From assembly GCA_965368975.1 (NCBI GenBank), contig CBDUPA010000001.1, positions 160,001-224,000 on the forward strand: a stretch of 64,000 bases of DNA, given 5' to 3'. A program made the position numbers and the translations under genes. The DNA is from an uncultured bacterium (GTDB lineage: Bacteria > Acidobacteriota > Thermoanaerobaculia > Multivoradales > JAHZIX01). The notes under the pieces are model-generated. The model searched no databases, was not told where the DNA came from, and was given only the letters and a program-made list of their open reading frames with translations. Below are positions 28,013 to 37,503 of the stretch, in pieces (position 1 is the stretch's first letter; every line of letters begins with the position of its first letter).

Positions 28013-31000
28013 ATGCGTCAGATCACCGTCGACGGCAACGAGGCCGTGGCTTCTGTTGCCTACCGTGGGCATGAGGTCATTGCCATTTATCCGATCACTC
28101 CGGCCTCGCCGATGGGCGAACTGGCGGACGCCTGGGCCGCTGCCGGCCGCACCAACCTGTGGGGTACGGTACCGACCGTGAGCGAGATGCAGTCCGAGGG
28201 TGGTGCCGCTGGCGCGGTCCACGGCTCGCTGCTGACCGGCGCTTTGACCACCACCTTCACGGCCTCGCAGGGGCTGCTCCTGATGCTGCCCAACCTGTTC
28301 AAGATCGCCGGTGAACTGACGCCCTTCGTGCTGCACGTGGCGGCGCGCTCGGTGGCGACGCACGCGCTGTCGATCTTCTGTGACCACTCGGACGTCATGG
28401 CGGCGCGCCAGACCGGCTTCGCGCTGCTGGCGTCGAACTCCGTGCAGGAAGCGCAGGACTTCGCACTGATCGCGCAGATGTCGACACTGGCGTCACGCGT
28501 GCCGATCCTGCACTTCCTCGACGGCTTCCGTACCTCGCACGAGGTGGCCAAGATCACCGCGCTCAGCGACGAGGAACTGCGCGCCCTGCTCGACGACGCC
28601 CTCGTGCGCGCGCACCGCGAGCGCGGGCTGACGCCGGACCATCCGGTGGTGCGCGGCACGGCACAGAATCCGGACACCTTCTTCCAGGCGCGCGAGGCGT
28701 GCAACCGCTTCTACGATGCCTGTCCGGGCCTCGTCGAGGATGCGATGGACGCCTTTGCCTTGGTCACCGGCCGACGCTATCGCCTGTTCCAGTACCACGG
28801 GCATCCCGAGGCCGAGCGGGTGCTGGTACTGATGGGCTCGGCGGCCGAGACGGTGCACGAGACGGTCGACCACCTGGTGGCGAGGGACGGCGCCAAGGTC
28901 GGCGTGCTGCAGGTCCACCTCTACCGGCCCTTCTCGGTCGAGCATTTCGCTGCCGCGCTACCACCGACGGTGCGCGGCCTGGCGGTACTCGATCGCACCA
29001 AGGAGCCGGGTGCGGTCGGCGAGCCGCTCTACCTCGACGTCAGCGCCGCGGTGCGCCAGGCGACGGCGGTGGGGCTAGCGCCCTGGCAGGAAGAACCGGT
29101 GGTGATCGGCGGCCGCTACGGCCTGTCGTCGAAGGAATTCGATCCCGCCTGCGTGTGCGCGGTGTTCGACCACCTGCAGCAGCGCTTGCAGCACGGGCCA
29201 CGCCGCGACGGCCACGCTTTGACCGAGGTCGGCGGCTTCACCGTTGGCATCGTCGACGACGTCACCCACCGCTCGCTGGCGCCGTCGTCGGAGCAGACGC
29301 TCGACATCGAGCCGCCCAAGCGGGTGCGCGCGGTGTTTTTCGGCCTCGGCTCGGACGGCACCGTCAGTGCCAACAAGAACTCGATCAAGATCATCGGGAA
29401 GCACACGGAGCACGAGGCGCAAGGGTACTTCGTCTACGACTCGAAGAAGGCTGGTGCGGTGACCATCTCGCACCTGCGCTTTGGCCCGGAGCCGATTCGC
29501 TCGGCCTACCTGATCCGCAACGCCGGCTTCGTCGCTTGCCACCAATTCGACTTCCTCGACCGCTACGATGTGCTCGGCTACGCCGCTCCCGGTGCCACCG
29601 TGCTGCTCAACGCGCCGCATCCGGAGGGCCAGCCGCAGGCGGTGTGGGACCAGCTGCCGCGCGAGGTGCAGCAGCAGGTGCTGGACAAGGGCGTCGAGCT
29701 GTATGTCATCGACGCCTACCGGGTGGCGCGCGAGGCCGGCCTCGGGGTGCGCATCAACACCATCATGCAGACCTGCTTCTTCGCCCTCAGCGGCGTGCTG
29801 CCGCGCGAGCGGGCGATCGCCGAGATCAAGGCGGCGATCGAGACCGCGTACGGCAAGCGTGGTCCGGTGGTGGCGCGTCAGAACTTCGCCGCCGTCGACC
29901 AGGCGCTGGCGCACCTGCATCGCATCGAGACACCGTCACTGACCAGCGAACGTCACCTGCCGCCGATTGTGCCAGCGGCGGCGCCGGACTTCGTGCAGCG
30001 GGTGACCGCGCTGATGCTGGCGCAGAAGGGCGACCTCTTGCCGGTCAGTGCCTTCCCGGTCGACGGTACCTGGCCGACCGCCACCAGCCAGTGGGAGAAG
30101 CGCAACATCGCGCTCGACATTCCGGTGTGGGAGCCGGATGTGTGCATCCAGTGCAACCAGTGTGCGCTGGCTTGCCCGCACGCGGCGATCCGCGCCAAGG
30201 TGTACCCACCGGAAGCGCTCACCAGTGCCGGCAACGGCAACGGCGCTGGCAGCAACGGCCGACCGCCGGAGGGCTTCCTGAGCACGGCCTACAAGGCCAA
30301 GGACCTCGAGGGGCTGGCCTACACCCTGCAAGTGGCGCCCGAGGACTGCACTGGCTGCGGCCTGTGCGTCGCCGTCTGCCCGGCCAAGGATCGCTCGAAT
30401 CCGCGGCGCAAGGCGATCAACATGGTGCCGCAGCGACCGCTGCGCGACGCCGAGCGCGAGCGCTACCGCTTTTTCCTCGACCTGCCCGAACTCGACCGCA
30501 AGCACCTACCGCGTCTCGATGCCAAGGGCTCGCAGTTCCTGCAGCCGCTGTTCGAGTACTCGGGTGCCTGTGCGGGCTGCGGCGAGACGCCGTACATCAA
30601 GCTACTCACGCAGCTGTTCGGCGACCGCCTGCTGATCGCCAACGGTACCGGCTGTTCGTCGATCTTCGGCGGCAACCTGCCGACGACGCCCTACACCGTC
30701 AACGCTGATGGTCGTGGTCCCGCCTGGGCCAATTCCCTGTTCGAGGACAACGCCGAGTTCGGCATGGGCTTCCGTCTGGCGCTCGACAACCACGTCACCC
30801 AGGCGCGCCACCAGCTGAGCGAACTGGCGCGCGAGTCTGCGGCGGCCTCCGGGGACAGGGCCACCCTGCCCGACACCTTGGTGGCGGAATTGCTGGACGG
30901 CAGCAGGATCGAGGTCAGCGATGAAGCCGGCCTGGAGGCGCAGCGCCAACGCGTCGACGAGCTGAAGCGCCGTCTGGCACAGCTCACGACCGCTGCCACC

Positions 31001-31807
31001 GCCACCGACTCGCCCCAGGGAAGAGCTCTGGAGACAGCGCTGCGCAACATGGACTCGCTGGCCGAGTACCTGGTACCCAAGTGCGTCTGGTTGGTGGGCG
31101 GCGACGGCTGGGCCTACGACATCGGCTACGGCGGTCTCGACCACGTGCTCAGCTTGCCCATGAACCTCAACGTGCTGGTGCTCGATACCGAGGTCTACTC
31201 GAACACCGGCGGTCAGGCGTCCAAGGCGACGCCGCTCGGGGCCGCCGCCAAGTTCGCGGCTGCCGGCAAGGAGACGTCCAAGAAGGATCTCGGCCTCGAA
31301 ATGATGAGCTACGGCCATGTCTACGTCGCGCGTATCGCCTTCGGTGCCAAGGTCAATCAGACCGTCGAAGCGCTGCGCGAGGCAGCCGCCTATCCGGGGC
31401 CGTCGCTGGTCATCGCCTACAGTCACTGCATCGCCCACGGCTACCACCTGAGCCAGGGTGCGGAACAGCAGAAACGCGCCGTGACCGCGGGTATCTGGCC
31501 GCTCTACCGCTTCGACCCACGGCGCATCGCCGACGGCAAACCGCCGCTGCAGCTCGACTCCGGTGCTCCCAAGGGCAGTCCGGCCGAGTACATGCGTGCC
31601 GAAACCCGCTTCCGTCTGGTCGAGAAGCAGGACCCAGGCCGTTTCCGCAACTTCATAACCCGGACTGAGCAGGAAGCGCGCAGCCGTCGCAGCGTCTACG
31701 AGCAACTCGCCGGCTTGACCGTGCCCTTGGAGACAGCAGCGCGGGAGCCAGCTGCCACAGGGCCTGAGCAGCCCGCCGCGGATCCGGTGAAGGAGACCAC
31801 GCCATGA
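28013..31807 (+). CDS. nifJ: Pyruvate:ferredoxin/flavodoxin oxidoreductase
   Basis: YPITP, EMQSEGGAAG, TASQGLLLM, two ferredoxin CxxCxxC motifs, GGDGWAYDIG, YSNTGGQ. Confidence 0.97.
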   Translation: MRQITVDGNEAVASVAYRGHEVIAIYPITPASPMGELADAWAAAGRTNLWGTVPTVSEMQSEGGAAGAVHGSLLTGALTTTFTASQGLLLMLPNLFKIAGELTPFVLHVAARSVATHALSIFCDHSDVMAARQTGFALLASNSVQEAQDFALIAQMSTLASRVPILHFLDGFRTSHEVAKITALSDEELRALLDDALVRAHRERGLTPDHPVVRGTAQNPDTFFQAREACNRFYDACPGLVEDAMDAFALVTGRRYRLFQYHGHPEAERVLVLMGSAAETVHETVDHLVARDGAKVGVLQVHLYRPFSVEHFAAALPPTVRGLAVLDRTKEPGAVGEPLYLDVSAAVRQATAVGLAPWQEEPVVIGGRYGLSSKEFDPACVCAVFDHLQQRLQHGPRRDGHALTEVGGFTVGIVDDVTHRSLAPSSEQTLDIEPPKRVRAVFFGLGSDGTVSANKNSIKIIGKHTEHEAQGYFVYDSKKAGAVTISHLRFGPEPIRSAYLIRNAGFVACHQFDFLDRYDVLGYAAPGATVLLNAPHPEGQPQAVWDQLPREVQQQVLDKGVELYVIDAYRVAREAGLGVRINTIMQTCFFALSGVLPRERAIAEIKAAIETAYGKRGPVVARQNFAAVDQALAHLHRIETPSLTSERHLPPIVPAAAPDFVQRVTALMLAQKGDLLPVSAFPVDGTWPTATSQWEKRNIALDIPVWEPDVCIQCNQCALACPHAAIRAKVYPPEALTSAGNGNGAGSNGRPPEGFLSTAYKAKDLEGLAYTLQVAPEDCTGCGLCVAVCPAKDRSNPRRKAINMVPQRPLRDAERERYRFFLDLPELDRKHLPRLDAKGSQFLQPLFEYSGACAGCGETPYIKLLTQLFGDRLLIANGTGCSSIFGGNLPTTPYTVNADGRGPAWANSLFEDNAEFGMGFRLALDNHVTQARHQLSELARESAAASGDRATLPDTLVAELLDGSRIEVSDEAGLEAQRQRVDELKRRLAQLTTAATATDSPQGRALETALRNMDSLAEYLVPKCVWLVGGDGWAYDIGYGGLDHVLSLPMNLNVLVLDTEVYSNTGGQASKATPLGAAAKFAAAGKETSKKDLGLEMMSYGHVYVARIAFGAKVNQTVEALREAAAYPGPSLVIAYSHCIAHGYHLSQGAEQQKRAVTAGIWPLYRFDPRRIADGKPPLQLDSGAPKGSPAEYMRAETRFRLVEKQDPGRFRNFITRTEQEARSRRSVYEQLAGLTVPLETAAREPAATGPEQPAADPVKETTP

Positions 31808-32802
31808 ACCTGAGCCTGTCCTATCTCGGCTTCGATCTACCGCACCCCTTCGTCGTCGGGGCTTCACCCCTGGTGGACGACCTCGACGCCGTCCGCCGCC
31901 TGGAAGATGCCGGCGCCGCCGCCATCGTCATGCACTCGCTGTTCGAAGAGCAGCTGGTCAACGAGCAGCTGGCCGCCGAGCAGGCGTTCGGGGCGCCAGC
32001 CGAGTCCTTCGCCGAAGCCCTGTCTTACCTACCCGAGCCGTCGACCTTCATCCTGGGGCCGGACAGCTATCTGGAGCAGCTGGCGACCATCAAGCGCAGT
32101 GTCTCGGTACCGCTCATCGCATCGCTCAACGGCACGAGTCCGGGCGGCTGGCTAGAGTACGCGCGGCTGCTGCAACAAGCTGGTGCCGACGCGCTCGAAC
32201 TCAACGTCTACCAGCTGGTCACTGATCCGCTGGTCAGCGCCGAGGATGTCGAGCGTGAGACGATCGACATGGTGACCTCGGTCAAGGAAGCTGTGTCGAT
32301 ACCGCTGGCTGTCAAACTATCGCCCTACTACACCTCGCTGGCTCATTTCGCCCGCCGTCTCGACGATGCCGGTGCCGACGCGCTGGTGTTGTTCAACCGC
32401 TTCTACCAGCCGGACATCGACCCGGTCGAACAGGAAGCGGCGCGCACGCTCGAATTGTCGAATCGGTCCGAGTTGCGCCTGCGCCTGCACTGGCTGGCTT
32501 TGCTCTTCGGTCACCTGGACGCCGGCCTGGCGGTCACGGGTGGCGTCCACGCGGGCGTCGATGCCGTCAAGGCGGTGATGTGCGGCGCTAGCGCCGTGCA
32601 GGTGGTGTCCGCGCTGCTACGTCACGGTCCGGAACGCCTGGCGGTGCTGCGTGGCGAGTTGGTCGAGTGGCTGGAGGAGAACGAGTACGACAGCTTGGCC
32701 GAGATGCACGGCTCGATGAGCTTGCTCCGCTGCCCGGACCCGCACGCCTTCGAGCGCGTCAACTACGTCAAGCTGTTGCAGAGCTGGTTGCCGGTGACGT
32801 AA
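31804..32802 (+). CDS. Dihydroorotate dehydrogenase-like protein commonly paired with nifJ
   Basis: SLFEEQ, IASLNG, VKLSP, LFNRFYQPDID; 4-bp overlap with nifJ. Confidence 0.9.
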   Translation: MNLSLSYLGFDLPHPFVVGASPLVDDLDAVRRLEDAGAAAIVMHSLFEEQLVNEQLAAEQAFGAPAESFAEALSYLPEPSTFILGPDSYLEQLATIKRSVSVPLIASLNGTSPGGWLEYARLLQQAGADALELNVYQLVTDPLVSAEDVERETIDMVTSVKEAVSIPLAVKLSPYYTSLAHFARRLDDAGADALVLFNRFYQPDIDPVEQEAARTLELSNRSELRLRLHWLALLFGHLDAGLAVTGGVHAGVDAVKAVMCGASAVQVVSALLRHGPERLAVLRGELVEWLEENEYDSLAEMHGSMSLLRCPDPHAFERVNYVKLLQSWLPVT

Positions 32803-32830
32803 GGCGGAAGACCGGATGCTGATTCTCTCG

Positions 32831-32950
32831 TCTGGGTAGGGGCGGCCCCATGTGGGTGCCCTGGGTGGGGGGGCGGTGGTCTGATTTCGATTCCGGATAC
32901 GGATGCGGCTGGCGCCGCAGGGTAGGCACATGAGCCTACCCCTACCCAGA
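32831..32950. repeat. Inverted pair of GTAG-type REP-like elements between convergent genes
   Basis: TCTGGGTAGGGGCGGCCCCATGTGGGTGCCCTG and, on the minus strand, TCTGGGTAGGGGTAGGCTCATGTGCCTACCCTG. Confidence 0.75.
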
Positions 32951-32993
32951 TCCTCGGATTCGGTTCCGATGTGCCTTGGGTGGGGGCGGTGTT

Positions 32994-33668
32994 TCAGGGC
33001 CGGACTTCGGCAAGTTCGGCCCTCGCCTGCGCCAACGCCTGGCGCACCGCGTCGCGCATTTGCTCGACGACTTTGGCGACGCTCGGGTTCTGCCCCGAGC
33101 TGGCGCTATCCGATCCGGCACGGCCTCGACTCTCGCCGACCACGGTGCCCTCCCACAGCCGTTCGCCGTCGCCGCGTGTCAGCAGCAGGTCGAGCCGCAC
33201 GCGTGTCGAAACGCCGGCCGCGGTGTCGACCTCTTCCAGGTAGACGAGGCGGCCGTCGAGCTTGGCCTTTCGTGTTGGTGCGCGCGGCGAGGCGACGATG
33301 CTGGAAGCAGGGCGAATGCTGGCGAAGCCGGGGGTGCCACTCAGTTCTTCGGCGACCAGGACCGGCAGCATGCGGCTGAGAGGGGCAGCCCACTGGTGGT
33401 AGGTGTAGAAGCCGACTTCCGGTGCATCGGTGCCGATCCGATAGACCAGCTGCGCGCGATCGTAGGGCGGGTCGACGAGGAAGCTGGCGACCTCGACGTA
33501 CAGCCCATCGCCCGCGGTCGCAGGCTCGGTGGTGGTGTCGGGTGCGCCAGCCTTGGGCGTGTGGAGAGTGTAGAAGTGCGTCGTCGGCACGCTGCGGCAG
33601 CCGCCAACAAAGGCCAGCAGGACGAGCAGACACGAGAGCGGCGGCAGGCGACGAGCTGGACGCATCAC
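32994..33668 (-). CDS. PqiC-like ABC auxiliary lipoprotein
   Basis: Lipobox VGGC, HFYTL, YDRAQLVYR, HQWAAPL. Confidence 0.85.
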   Translation of the reverse strand: MMRPARRLPPLSCLLVLLAFVGGCRSVPTTHFYTLHTPKAGAPDTTTEPATAGDGLYVEVASFLVDPPYDRAQLVYRIGTDAPEVGFYTYHQWAAPLSRMLPVLVAEELSGTPGFASIRPASSIVASPRAPTRKAKLDGRLVYLEEVDTAAGVSTRVRLDLLLTRGDGERLWEGTVVGESRGRAGSDSASSGQNPSVAKVVEQMRDAVRQALAQARAELAEVRP

Positions 33669-34717
33669 GGGGACTCCTTCGCACCGACTCCGTCGCCCGG
33701 CTGGCGCTCGCGCGGTGTTCGCAGGCCGAGCAGGGACGACGGACGGGCGGCCAGAGATTCGGACAGAGTTTTCAGGTTGGCGCTGGCGTCGCGCAGGTCG
33801 CGCAGGGTGGCTTCGAGGTCACCGCGGTTGCCGTTGACGGTCGACAAGGTGGTGTCCAGACGTCCGAGGGCGCTCTCGGCACGGGCCAGGAGTTGGCGCA
33901 GCTCTTCCCCCTGCGGCCCGAGCGAGTGCTCGAGCGTGGCACGCAGGTCGCGGCTCAACGCCGAGACGTCGGCGCCGACCTCGGGTACGGCGACGGCGGC
34001 GGTCTCGACGCCAGCGGCCGTGCTCTCGAGCTGCGCCAGCGTCGTGTCGAGCCGCGGCCCGAGTGTTTCCAGTGCCTGGCGCAGGCCAGCGAGGCTGGCG
34101 CTCAGGTTGGCTTGGTTCTCAGCGCCCATCAGCTGTTCGGCGCCGTCGAGAATCGGGCCGGCGCGGTCGGCGAGTTGCCGCACCAGGCGTTCGGTCTCCT
34201 CGAGCACCCCGACGGCCCGGTCGGCGACGGTTTCGAGACGCATGAGGCTCCGTTCCAGCGTCTGCATCGAGTCGCCCTCGATGCTGCTGCCGGGTTCGAG
34301 GCGCTGGTCGCTCGGGGGGCCAGGGTCGATGGCCAGGTACTTGCCTCCCAGCAGGCTGTCCGAGCCGATGAACGCACGACTCTCGGGGCCCAGGCGGACG
34401 TTGGGGTCGAGTTCGACGGTCAGGGTCACCGGCCGCTCGGGATCGTCGCCCAGTTGCAGGTCGGTAATGCGCCCCACCTCGACGCCCGCGACGCGTACTG
34501 TGTCTCCCGAGCGCACGCCGCCGGAAGCCTCCAGGCGCACCTCGTAGCTCGGTCGCCCAGGTTCGAGCAGCGACGAACCGGCGATGCGCAGGGTGACGTA
34601 GCCGGCCAGCAGCAGGGCGGCCAAGACGAACAGGCCGACCCACGCCTCCTGGGCGACGGCACCGGTCTGCCGGCGAAGCGCTGGCTCGGGGGAAGTTCTG
34701 TAGCGTCTGCGGATCAC
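33665..34717 (-). CDS. mlaD: MlaD/MCE-domain protein
   Basis: VGLFV TM, GVRSGDTVRVAGVEVGRI, SLLGGKYL, long coiled coil. Confidence 0.9.
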   Translation of the reverse strand: MIRRRYRTSPEPALRRQTGAVAQEAWVGLFVLAALLLAGYVTLRIAGSSLLEPGRPSYEVRLEASGGVRSGDTVRVAGVEVGRITDLQLGDDPERPVTLTVELDPNVRLGPESRAFIGSDSLLGGKYLAIDPGPPSDQRLEPGSSIEGDSMQTLERSLMRLETVADRAVGVLEETERLVRQLADRAGPILDGAEQLMGAENQANLSASLAGLRQALETLGPRLDTTLAQLESTAAGVETAAVAVPEVGADVSALSRDLRATLEHSLGPQGEELRQLLARAESALGRLDTTLSTVNGNRGDLEATLRDLRDASANLKTLSESLAARPSSLLGLRTPRERQPGDGVGAKESP

Positions 34718-35568
34718 GTTGGCATCCTCTCCTCTTCGCTGACCTCGGTCAACATCTTGCGGTACCAGCCTTCGTCGGGCTTTTCCTGCGGTGGCTGGCG
34801 GTCGAGAAAGGCCCGCACGCGGGCGTCGGTGCTGTGCTGCAGCTCTTCCGGGGGAGCGATGGTGAGGAACTGGCCCTGGTACATGACGCCGATGTAGTCG
34901 GCGATACGGAAGGCACTCTCGAGCTCGTGGGTGACCACCACCAGGGTCGCGCCGAAGACGTCGCGCAGGCTCTTGAGCAACTCGTCGAGGCCGGCCGAGG
35001 TGACCGGGTCGAGGCCCGCGGACGGTTCGTCGCAGAACAGCAGGTCGGGGTCGAGGACCATGGCGCGGGCGAGTGCCGCGCGCTTGAGCATGCCGCCGCT
35101 GAGCTCGGACGGGTAGAGATCGGTCGCCTGTTCGAGCCCGACCATGGCCAGCTTCATGCGCACCACCAGGCGGCGCGTCGAGTGCGGCAGATCGGTGTGC
35201 TCGACCAGCGGCAATTCGACGTTCTCACCCACGGTCATGGAGCCGAAGAGCGCACCGCGTTGGAACGCGACCCCCATGCGCTCGCGTAGCCGTTGCAGCG
35301 TGGCCGAGTTGGCGTGATCCATATCGACGCCGTGCAACCGGATCTCGCCGGCATCGGCTTCTTCCAGGCCGACCAGGCAGCGCAACAGGGTGCTCTTGCC
35401 GCTGCCGGAAAAACCGAGAATGGCGAGCGTCTTGCCGACAGGGACTTCAAGATCGAGATCCTCGAGCACCGTGTGCCCGCCGAAGCGCTTGGTCAGCCCG
35501 CGTACCTCGATCGCCGGACAGCTGGGATCGCGTGCGAGGGGCTCGGGACGAGGCCGTTTCTTGAACAC
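34714..35568 (-). CDS. mlaF: MlaF-type ABC ATPase
   Basis: GFSGSGKS, ELSGGM, LFCDEPSAGLDP; GTG start approximate. Confidence 0.92.
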   Translation of the reverse strand: MFKKRPRPEPLARDPSCPAIEVRGLTKRFGGHTVLEDLDLEVPVGKTLAILGFSGSGKSTLLRCLVGLEEADAGEIRLHGVDMDHANSATLQRLRERMGVAFQRGALFGSMTVGENVELPLVEHTDLPHSTRRLVVRMKLAMVGLEQATDLYPSELSGGMLKRAALARAMVLDPDLLFCDEPSAGLDPVTSAGLDELLKSLRDVFGATLVVVTHELESAFRIADYIGVMYQGQFLTIAPPEELQHSTDARVRAFLDRQPPQEKPDEGWYRKMLTEVSEEERMPT

Positions 35569-35585
35569 GGTTGGACTCGGTTCCT

Positions 35586-36380
35586 TCAGCGCGAAACGTA
35601 GAGCAGGGCGGTGACGAACAGGTCGGCGGCGATGATCAGGATGATCGAGTGGACGACGGCCGAGGTCGTCGAGCGGCCGACGGCCTCGGCACCGCCACGC
35701 GTTTCCAGGCCGCGCTGGCAGCCGATCAGGCCGATGATGCCGGCGAAGACGAAGGCTTTGAGCAGGCCGCCCCACACGTCCTGCAGGGTCAGGGCATTGA
35801 GGGTGTCGCTCAGATAGCCGGCGGGCGATAGGCCGAGCACGGTCACCGAAATCGAGAAGCCGCCGAAGATGCCCACCAGGTCGCCGAAGATCGTCAGGCA
35901 GGGTAGGGCGATCAGCAGGCCCAGCAGGCGCGGCACCACCAGGAACGACGTCGGGTCGATGCCGATGACGGTCAGCGCGTCGATCTCTTGCGACACGCGC
36001 ATCGTGCCCAGCTCGGCGGCCAGCGCCGAGCCGACACGACCAGCGACCAGGATGGCGGTGAGCAGGGGGGCCAGCTCGCGCGTCACCGAGACGGCGACCA
36101 GGTCGGCGACCAGGCGCAGCAGGCCGAGCTGGCGCAGCTGGTAGGCCGACTGCAGCGCCAGGATCATGCCGACCAGGAAGGTCAAGAGCGCCACCAGGGG
36201 CAGCGAGCGATTGCCGGCGCGCAGCATTTGCGCGAAGGTGGACCGCCAGCGTGGTTTGTCGCCGCGCAGAGGGCCGAGAAGAGCGCGGTCGAGCGTGCGT
36301 GCGGTGAGCTGCCATAGCCGTCCGATTTCGGCCAAGCCCTCGAGAGTGGTTCCCCCGATGGCGCGCAGCGGAGTCTTCAT
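35586..36380 (-). CDS. mlaE: MlaE-type permease
   Basis: RELAPLLTAILVAGRVGS..AELGTMRVSQEIDAL..LVVPR. Confidence 0.95.
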   Translation of the reverse strand: MKTPLRAIGGTTLEGLAEIGRLWQLTARTLDRALLGPLRGDKPRWRSTFAQMLRAGNRSLPLVALLTFLVGMILALQSAYQLRQLGLLRLVADLVAVSVTRELAPLLTAILVAGRVGSALAAELGTMRVSQEIDALTVIGIDPTSFLVVPRLLGLLIALPCLTIFGDLVGIFGGFSISVTVLGLSPAGYLSDTLNALTLQDVWGGLLKAFVFAGIIGLIGCQRGLETRGGAEAVGRSTTSAVVHSIILIIAADLFVTALLYVSR

Positions 36381-36802
36381 GCGCTGGCGGGTACCGCGCT
36401 ACTGGATTCGACCGCGCTCGCGGAATCGAGGGGTGGGCTCTGCTCGCCGTGGAGCTTGGCCTCCAGCGCCATCCGGCACGACTCACAGCGCGACAGCGCG
36501 TCGGTGAGGCCGGACAGCTGGAACACCTTGCGCACAGAGTCGGTAGCCGAACAGAAGAAGAGTTCGGGTCTACCCGCCGCCCGTGCCTTGAGCAGCCCCT
36601 CGACCAGCACCGCCGTGGCCACGGTATCCATGTGCTCGACACCGTCGAGGTCGACGACCAGCCGGTGGCGCGCACGGTCGAGCGCGCTGAACAGCTGGCG
36701 TCGTAGTTCCGGGGCCTGGTGGTAGGTCGCGGTGCCGTCGAGCTCGAGCACCCAGCTCTCTACACGCGGGTCCTCGTTCAGTCGGATGTCGAGTGGTGGC
36801 AT
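36377..36802 (-). CDS. STAS-domain protein (MlaB-like)
   Basis: LVVDLDGVEHMDT..VRKVFQLSGL; overlaps mlaE start. Confidence 0.85.
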   Translation of the reverse strand: MPPLDIRLNEDPRVESWVLELDGTATYHQAPELRRQLFSALDRARHRLVVDLDGVEHMDTVATAVLVEGLLKARAAGRPELFFCSATDSVRKVFQLSGLTDALSRCESCRMALEAKLHGEQSPPLDSASAVESSSAVPASA

Positions 36803-36812
36803 GGGAGGCTCC

Positions 36813-37319
36813 TCAAAGATCTTGCAGGCGCTTCAGCAACTGGATCTGACCGGCATGGTAGATGTCGTGGCAGGCGATGCCCTGGATCAGGTCCAGGTAC
36901 GTCGTCTTGCTGCCTTCGGGAACCTGGGTCAGCAGGGCCGGGTCGAGCCAGGCTACCGACGCTCGCAGCGCCTTGTGCATTTCGGCCAGCAGCTTGCGGT
37001 CGTCGTTCCAGGCCTTGTCCAGGGCCTTCTCGTCGTCGCCGTCCACGCTCTCGGGAGGGCGTGGCCAGAAGTTGCTACCGGCGAGCGGAAAGGAACCGCG
37101 CTTGAGCCCTTGGATGCGCCGGTGCACGGTGTACTTCCAGTAGGCCGCATGCAGCGTCAGCTCCCAGATGTTGTGCCGTTCCGGCGACGGTCGCCAGGCC
37201 GCCTGCGCCGCCGTCACGCCGCGCAGGGAACCGCGCAGGTTCGGGCCGTGCCAGGCCTTGCGCTCGTAGCCCTGGTCGATCAGGTTCAGCAGCATATCGA
37301 TGCGGGGGTCGTTGGCCAT
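36813..37319 (-). CDS. DinB/YfiT-family protein
   Basis: AWHGP, HNIWELTLHAAYW, HDIYHAGQI. Confidence 0.9.
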   Translation of the reverse strand: MANDPRIDMLLNLIDQGYERKAWHGPNLRGSLRGVTAAQAAWRPSPERHNIWELTLHAAYWKYTVHRRIQGLKRGSFPLAGSNFWPRPPESVDGDDEKALDKAWNDDRKLLAEMHKALRASVAWLDPALLTQVPEGSKTTYLDLIQGIACHDIYHAGQIQLLKRLQDL

Positions 37320-37326
37320 GGGGTCC

Positions 37327-37368
37327 TTGGTGTTGTGGCTTTGGTGCTGTGGCTTTGGTGCTGTGGTT
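37327..37368. repeat. 14-bp direct repeat x3 just upstream of the dinB-like start
   Basis: TTGGTG(T/C)TGTGG(C/T)T x3. Confidence 0.8.
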
Positions 37369-37503
37369 GGGGACGTCGTTGTATCCTTGATATCGCGCTT
37401 CTGGATCCTGTTCCGTCGCGCGTGCCAGGTCAAGCGTATTTTGCGTGAATACTGTTGTGATGCCGCTGCATCCAGCTCCCGCACCTCTCGTCCAGGAGAA
37501 CTC

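Noticed and set aside
28013-31807. Nitrogen fixation implied by nifJ
   Set aside because: Generic PFOR; no nif structural genes present.
34714-36675. 653-aa fusion ORF containing MlaF
   Set aside because: The N-terminal part overlaps mlaE and the STAS gene in another frame; the real start is near 35568.
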